A DNA stretch of 64,000 nucleotides, taken from contig NC_043001.1 of the NCBI RefSeq assembly GCF_006345805.1, forward strand, positions 127,968,001 to 128,032,000, given 5' to 3'. Shown here in pieces: positions 63,251 through 64,000 of the stretch; the stretch's first letter is position 1; every line of letters starts with the position of its first letter. The notes under the pieces are model-generated. The model did not search any database. It was given only the letters and a program-made list of their open reading frames with translations, and had not been told where the DNA came from. The DNA is from Octopus sinensis. Lineage: Eukaryota. Position numbers and translations under genes: made by a program.

Positions 63251-64000
63251 ATATATGTATATATCTCTATATATAAAACTGAATTGCGTTTTTACCGCTT
63301 GGTTCGCTTTCAATGCCACTACATCCCGTCCGATTCGCTCCAAAATTTACAGGGACATGTAGAATGAGGTGACGATGCGCGTGGGCTACCTTAGAAATCC
63401 CTATCTTAAAAGGTGTGGTTGCTAGAGGCCATCTTCCTACCTCACCCTATTTCCTCCAGTACTCTGTCACTCCTCTTCATTTGACAATGCAACTACCGTT
63501 ATTTAATGTAAAGTCTTCCTCAAATCACTCTGTAGCTATTTACTCTCTTCCAAGAACATTTTCACTCACTCTATCTCTTACCTTCCTATACATTTTACTC
63601 ATGTATCTCTCAGCGTTCATGGACAGTAACAAATATTACTCGCCATCCCCATCGCCATCGCATTCTATTGTCTACCTGTCAACACACACACACACACACA
63701 CATATATTCATATATCTAATATTATATTTTTATTTTTATGTTTTTGTTTTTGGTTTTTTACTGTTTCATTTCCCTATTAGTGGTTTTATCTCTAATTTAA
63801 TTTCTACAGCGTGCACACACACACACACACACACACCTATATGTAGCCCCAGTACACCCGAATGAAATCGGGTTCTCTTCATCAAAATGTGAAAAGGGGT
63901 CTACAATTATCATCGCCACAACTTATGTATGTCTTCCTCACTCACTCACTCTTTTTCCTAATGATAATTATCATCGCCACCACCAACACCACCAACACAC

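Noticed and set aside
91-63865. Numerous 60-150-aa ORFs over SINEs, microsatellites and AT-rich intron
   Set aside because: They recur as translations of repeats (e.g. AVFLQLDALPNANHS, RHLPKVPRSGTEPG) or low-complexity DNA

Overview
AT-rich, repeat-dense eukaryotic DNA. The SINE families point to a coleoid cephalopod, probably Octopus (inference from recognising the repeats). Most of the window is one + strand gene, NOL9/Grc3 (nucleolar polynucleotide 5'-kinase). Its coding exons are 8889-10048, 42929-43458, 50906-50990 (Walker A), 55910-56007 (Walker B), 58455-58488, 59856-59992 and 62249-62406. All have GT-AG ends and consistent phases, two microexons probably lie at 15273-15313 and 37218-37251, and the 3' end is beyond the window. 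The main find is an intact, intronless 864-codon ORF (27666-30260) nested on the same strand in the ~33 kb NOL9 intronic interval. It carries a SENP1-like SUMO-protease (C48) domain with a complete His-Asp-Cys triad. It begins with two AG acceptors, each in frame with an upstream NOL9 donor, so the locus could make a nucleolus-targeted SUMO protease as an alternative terminal-exon product of NOL9. Other items: a candidate minus-strand membrane-protein gene at the left with exon-intron inverted repeats, a 309-bp near-perfect inverted duplication bracketing the NOL9 promoter, decayed mariner, maT and RTE elements, TTAA MITEs, a long foldback element and at least four SINE families.
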